Shown: positions 59,433-64,000 of the stretch, piece after piece | How the letters are laid out: every line of letters begins with the position of its first letter | How positions within the stretch are numbered: position 1 is the first letter of the stretch | Assembly (NCBI RefSeq): GCF_035594765.1 | Contig: NC_085845.1 | Location: 60,196,024 to 60,260,023, forward strand | Origin: Anolis carolinensis | Lineage: Eukaryota | Reading direction: 5' to 3' | DNA length: 64,000 nucleotides | Notes under the pieces: generated by a model | The model's database searches: none | Seen by the model: only the letters and a program-made list of their open reading frames with translations | Told to the model about the DNA's origin: nothing | Translations under genes and position numbers: made by a program

Positions 59433-62400
59433 CTGCAGGAGCAACAAAAACATGTGGACTTACAAGCTTAATTTTAACCATCTTTACAAATAGCAAACTG
59501 ATATCCCCAAACTTGCTGTACAAAATCTTCTGCATTATAAGCCTTTTTTCTCCCTGCACCATGTGGTTATTAACTCGTGCTTTCCTTCTCCAGGTACTGT
59601 AGAACATAAAAGCTGGGAACTCAACTGCAGTAGCACTTCATTATAAGAGCTTTGCTTCGTCCATAACACATTTTTACTCTTTTTTTTCCTCCAAGAAATG
59701 TCAGCAGTCTCTAGGTGTCTCGTAATAAAGACAAATCCGTAATTATTTTTCTGGGACATGGTTGTATCGAAATGAACAACGGATCTGCCATCTATCATAA
59801 CATGCAAGACAAAGGATGAGCTCTTAAATGCTATAAAGCAAACTAACACAGGTTGAGTTTTGTTGTCCATAATTGTTTAGAATACCTGTATTTGAATACA
59901 GATACCAAATGAAAAATCTTGGGAAATGGGAAATACAAAATTCATTTGTTTCATATACACCTCATACACAGGGCCTGAAGACAAATTTAATAATCGTGTA
60001 CATGAAACAAAGTACGCATACACAGAAGAATCAGAAACCAAAGGTGTCACTACCTCAGCCACACACAGAGACAACTTTGGATATTATATTTCAGAATTCC
60101 AGATAACTGTAACTGAAAAACAAGGATTGCTTTTATGTTACCTTGTCATATTTCTCCTTCAGTTTTAATGCCTTCTGCTCAAAGGGTAGTTTATCTTTCG
60201 CTGTCTGCAAAGACCACATTTCACCTAATTTTTTTGCTGTATCCCCAATAGACAAGCCTGGATGATCACTTTTTATCTTTGGACGATGTTCAGAACAAAA
60301 CAAGAAGAAAGCAGATCTAGAAAGAAGAAAAAAGGTGTCATAGCCAATGTCAACCTCCAGGACACACAAGCACTAACAAATGTTTTCACTGATTGGGATA
60401 ATAAAATGTTCAGAATAAGTGGTCCAGTGAAAAATTACAAAAAAATTGCTAAACACAATTGAAGATAATGGACTTACGGTGGTCTTTTGGGAGCATTTGG
60501 GTCCTTTCTCTTCTTCACTCCTTTGGGAGGAATATAGTTCTTCATCTCTCTATCATATCGAGCTTTGTCACCTTTTGCCATGTCTTCAAACTTGCCCTTT
60601 TCCTTTGCAGACATTGTCTATGGAAAGGGGAAAATGAGAAATCTCACATTTAAAGTGGACAGCAAACCATTAAGTATTTTGAGTTTCTGAAGGGCAATTT
60701 TCCCTCTAGGTTATATTGCAAACCAGCCTTGTTATACAAGATGCAACTAGAATTGGGGAGTCCAGTCACCTTCAATTAATCCTTCTATCCCACTAATGTA
60801 CTTATTAAAAATAGTACTTTGTTAGTTGTTGGTGTTGATTTTAGGGCCCCTGAACCAGATGGTGACTAAAACAGCAGCAACTTCCTCCTAACAGTAACCG
60901 CAATGACTTGAATGTCAAGGAACTGTTTCACAACTGTTTACCATCAAACTCAAAGAATACTGACTAGCTATTAGATCAGGTTCAGACAACATAATCCTTT
61001 GCTACATATATCTAAGATTATTTTTGTCCCAAACTTCCTTAGAATTAAGTCTTTTGTGAAGGAGTATCGGCAAAACACTCCAAATACAGCTTTTTTTTAG
61101 GCTGTTGGAGGATGAAGTAAATACCTTATGTGATTGAAAATTGGTAATGTAATATGCTTGGGGGATTAGACAAGAGTAATGAAAATTTGCATCAACATTT
61201 TTTGTAGTAAGTTATTTCCATATATTTTACTTGTGGAAGCACTAAGTTGCAAATTCCCAATTGGAGGATCACCCAATTTCTAACACAATGGACTGCTTTG
61301 CTTTGCCAGTCTTGAGAGAAATGACCTGTCGCAAGACCAGTTCTCAAAACAAATCCTTATATTTAGCTTTCATTCACAGCAAATTATACATGCTCATTCA
61401 GAAGTTCCCAAATAATCTAATGTAGGACTGAAACTCTCAAAAAATATTTTGTAGCAGCTAAAAAAAGAGAAAGGAATTGTAACATACTTTCTCACTCATA
61501 TAATGCAGTTTTAACTGCATTATAGGAGTCCATACTCTGAGCCATTCAAAATTGCATTATATGGCAGTGTAGATAGGGGCCTTGGTTACTTTCAAAGGTG
61601 CTCCAAGACCCCTTTGGACACAAATGTTCCCCAAGCAATACTTGAGGAAGCTGCCCAAACCAATGTGCAACAAGTATCCAGATTCAACTATCCTTGGCAT
61701 AATATAGCACCACATAATAGTTGTATATTTTATATTACACATGTTACTGTTAATATTGCAGTAAAGTGGTACAGTAGAATATGGTAATGTATTTTTTATC
61801 TGTTTCATGAGCAATTTGAGAAACTCCAAGTCGATTCTGGTGTGAGAACTGGCTGTCTGCAAGGACATTGCCCAGGGGACGCCCAAATGGTTAACGTTTC
61901 ACCATCCTGTGGGAGGTTTCTCTCATGTCCCTCAAAGTAATACATAATACTAACATTGTGCTATGCTAATAATGTAACATATTTTATATATACTTGATTA
62001 TTTGATTATTCATATTATGTTTCTATTTTGATGTTAATTTATCTTTTATCAATAAGTTTATGGTTATTGTTTTGTATTATCTGGCATTACTTTTCAGATG
62101 TTTGTATTTGCATAGGGCATTGAATATTTGCTGTTTGGAATTGTGGGAGTTGAAGTCCAAAACACCAGGAGGGCCAAAGTTTGCCCATGCCTGCAGTACT
62201 GTAATAATATATACTAATAACACAATATATAATATTGTAACATTGTAATACTAAGATATTAACATAATTACTAATATATAGAAATACTGTGTTATTGTAT
62301 ATTTGAAGCTGTAGTGTTTTCTTGTGAGCCGCTTTCAGTCTCAGTATGGAGTGATAAAGCAAGATATAAATAAATCAGTCTCCAATGAATAGCATGGGGG

Positions 62401-63698
62401 GTTTCATTCCATACTGTGACCAAACTTTTAAAATTGTATCTCCTTCCCTCCCTTTTTGATAAAATATATAATACTAAAACAGTATAAGTTGTAATGATTT
62501 TTTATTGTGAGCCACTTTTGAGCCTCTGCATGGGATAGAAATCAATTTCCCAACGAATTGGGGGGGGGGGGGGTTGCATTCCAGAACTGTGAATAAACTT
62601 TTAAAATTGTATGTCCTCCCCTCCCTTTTGATACACTGTTTCATTATTGTATATTTTAAGACTTTTTAAAGTGTGAGCGGCTTTTGAGTCTCCACATGGA
62701 GTGATAAAAGTGCGATAGAAATAGTAGACTCGCTTATCCAACCTACTGTATTATCCAACACAGTTTGCCTTTTAGTAGTCAATGTTTTCAATATATTTTG
62801 ATGTTTTGATACTAAATTCATACAGTAATTACTACATAATGTCACCATGTATTGAACTGCTTTTTCTGTCAATTTGTTGTAAAACATGTTTCAGTGCCTA
62901 ATTTGTAAAATCGTAACATAGCTTGGTGTTTAATAGGTTTTTCCTTAATCCCTCCTTATTGTCCAACATTTTCGCTTATTCGACGTTCTGCTGGCCCGTT
63001 TAGGTTGGATAAGTGAAGCTCTACTGTAAATCAATCTTCCAACGAATAGTAGAGAGGGTTGCATTCCAGAACTGTTTGTTTAGTCGTTCAGTCGCTTCCA
63101 ACTCTTCGCGACCTCATGGACCAGCCCACGCCATAGCTCCCTGTCGGCCGTGGCCAGAACTGTTTTAAATTTTATCTCTCCTTCCCTCCCCCCCCCCCTT
63201 TTTTTCCGCCTTTTAAAAAATAAGAGCGTAAAAGGTAAAAAGAAATGAGCTTCGGACTTTCTCTCAAAAGGCGGCAATAAAGGCTTGGAAAAACACTGCC
63301 CTTCCCTTCCCGCCTTTTAAGCCCTCGGGCGGAGACTTGCAGAAACTGGAAGGAAAGCAAGGAGAGAGCGAGCGCGCGAGGATTGGAAAGGGGGCGGGCT
63401 TTCGGGAGGGCGCGAGGCGAGGCTTTCAGAGGAGCGCGAGGGGAGGGGGCGGGGCTTGCGGGGAAAGCGCGAGGCGGAGGGCGGGGCTTGCGGGGAGGAA
63501 AGCGCGAGGCGAGGGCCGTTGGGGCCTTCTCTTTTTTTCTCTCTTTACCCGCCATCGCTCGGAGCACTTCTTGGAGAACTCGGCGAAGTTGACCGAGGAG
63601 TCTGGGTGCTTCTTCTTGTGCTCTTCGCGGCACGTCTGGACGAAATAAGCGTACGAGGACATCTTGCCCCGAGGCTTGTTGGGGTCGCCTTTGCCCAT
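59268..63698 (-). CDS. HMGB2: High mobility group box 2, complete spliced CDS (209 aa): complement join 63549-63698, 60478-60617, 60142-60316, 59268-59432
   Basis: [49 protein letters not shown]; two HMG boxes, [13 protein letters not shown] linker and an acidic tail; GT/AG introns; 150+140+175+165 = 630 nt. Confidence 0.97.
60142..60316 (-). CDS. HMGB2: HMGB2 third coding exon (175 nt, box B)
   Basis: tctag|ATCT...GACAAG|gtaaca; [35 protein letters not shown]...KEKYDK. Confidence 0.96.
60478..60617 (-). CDS. HMGB2: HMGB2 second coding exon (140 nt)
   Basis: catag|ACAATG...CCACC|gtaagt; [46 protein letters not shown]. Confidence 0.96.
61793..61932 (-). mobile_element. Anolis SINE2-like SINE, 3' half
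   Basis: Homology to the 18421 copy. Confidence 0.7.
62722..63026 (-). mobile_element. Tc1/mariner MITE (CAGTAGAGTCTCAC family)
   Basis: Degenerate TIRs; homologous to the 36446 copy. Confidence 0.8.
63078..63153 (-). mobile_element. BovB/RTE LINE extreme 3' stub (76 bp)
   Basis: [23 protein letters not shown] resembles the BovB C-terminus; 12-bp TSD CCAGAACTGTTT at 63066-63077 and 63154-63165. Confidence 0.8.
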
Positions 63699-64000
63699 GG
63701 CGCCGGAGCCCAACGGTCCCTCAAGTGAGGGCTGTAAAAAACAAAATGGGGAAGGGGAGAAATTAAAAATGGGGGAGGGGAAATATTTCCCGCCCGAATT
63801 ATTTCCCTACAGCCGCCTGCTTCTCTTCTGACTCCGAATTCATTTTAGTCGCCCTCCACGAATAAAAACACAAATAAACCGCCACCCCTCAGCGTAACAG
63901 CCCTCGCAGCCGCGCTTTACGGCCTCCACTTGCCTTGGTCGCAGTGACGGGAGTAAACCAAGAGCCGTTCGCGAGGACCTCCGCCTGCCTTCTCCTCAGC
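63280..64000. promoter_or_regulatory. CpG island over the HMGB2 5' region, with GC boxes and E2F-like sites
   Basis: Dense undecayed CpG; several GGGCGGGG boxes in 63390-63490; TTTCCCGC at 63786-63793; non-coding exon 1 and the TSS probably lie just beyond the window. Confidence 0.75.
63549..63698 (-). CDS. HMGB2: HMGB2 first coding exon (exon starts at acceptor 63731; 5' UTR 63699-63731)
   Basis: Kozak GCCATGG; ends TGGCGG|gtaaag; upstream acceptor ttttacag|C. Confidence 0.96.

Larger units (their letters stand above)
62320..63200 (+). repeat. Three diverged tandem ~180-bp units in an HMGB2 intron; the third is interrupted by two TEs
   Basis: Repeated TGTGAGC..TTT..AGTCTC...AAATCA.T..CCAA.GAAT...CATTCCA.ACTGT...TTTTAAA.TT.TAT..C.TCCCTCCC at about 62322, 62507 and 62671. 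Confidence 0.7.

Noticed and set aside
59204-59493. Poly-Ser and poly-Arg ORFs
   Set aside because: Antisense and alternative frames of the HMGB2 acidic-tail codons.
63172-63728. Several long ORFs at the right edge
   Set aside because: CpG-island artefacts and alternative frames of the HMGB2 exon.

Overview
Vertebrate genomic DNA, almost certainly an Anolis-type lizard, judged from Sauria SINEs, Vingi, Penelope, BovB/RTE and many Tc1/mariner and hAT MITEs. The + strand carries GALNT7 (polypeptide GalNAc-transferase 7): the end of intron 1, then exons 2-12 (21656-52531) and a 3' UTR to about 54.9 kb. Exon 1 lies upstream of the window. The - strand carries the complete HMGB2 CDS (63698-59268, 4 coding exons, 209 aa), tail-to-tail with GALNT7, with a CpG island at the right edge. 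The best candidate system is a splice switch in the GALNT7 catalytic domain. Exon 6 is present as two intact 183-nt copies (38278-38460 and 38612-38794; 44/60 aa identical). They are separated by a 151-nt intron with a 113-nt AG-free zone and branch-point candidates only 40-60 nt from the upstream donor, consistent with steric mutual exclusion, and are followed by a QKI/RBFOX motif cluster. Other notable items: a templated insertion copied between two SINEs flanking exons 8-9; Penelope hammerhead-ribozyme motifs; a fold-back element built from two mariner transposase 3' ends; a four-level TE nest; repeated MITE insertion at nearly the same SINE site; a six-hairpin array; and miR-30/miR-34 seed sites. 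Exon numbers and family names come from recalled homology, not from a database search.
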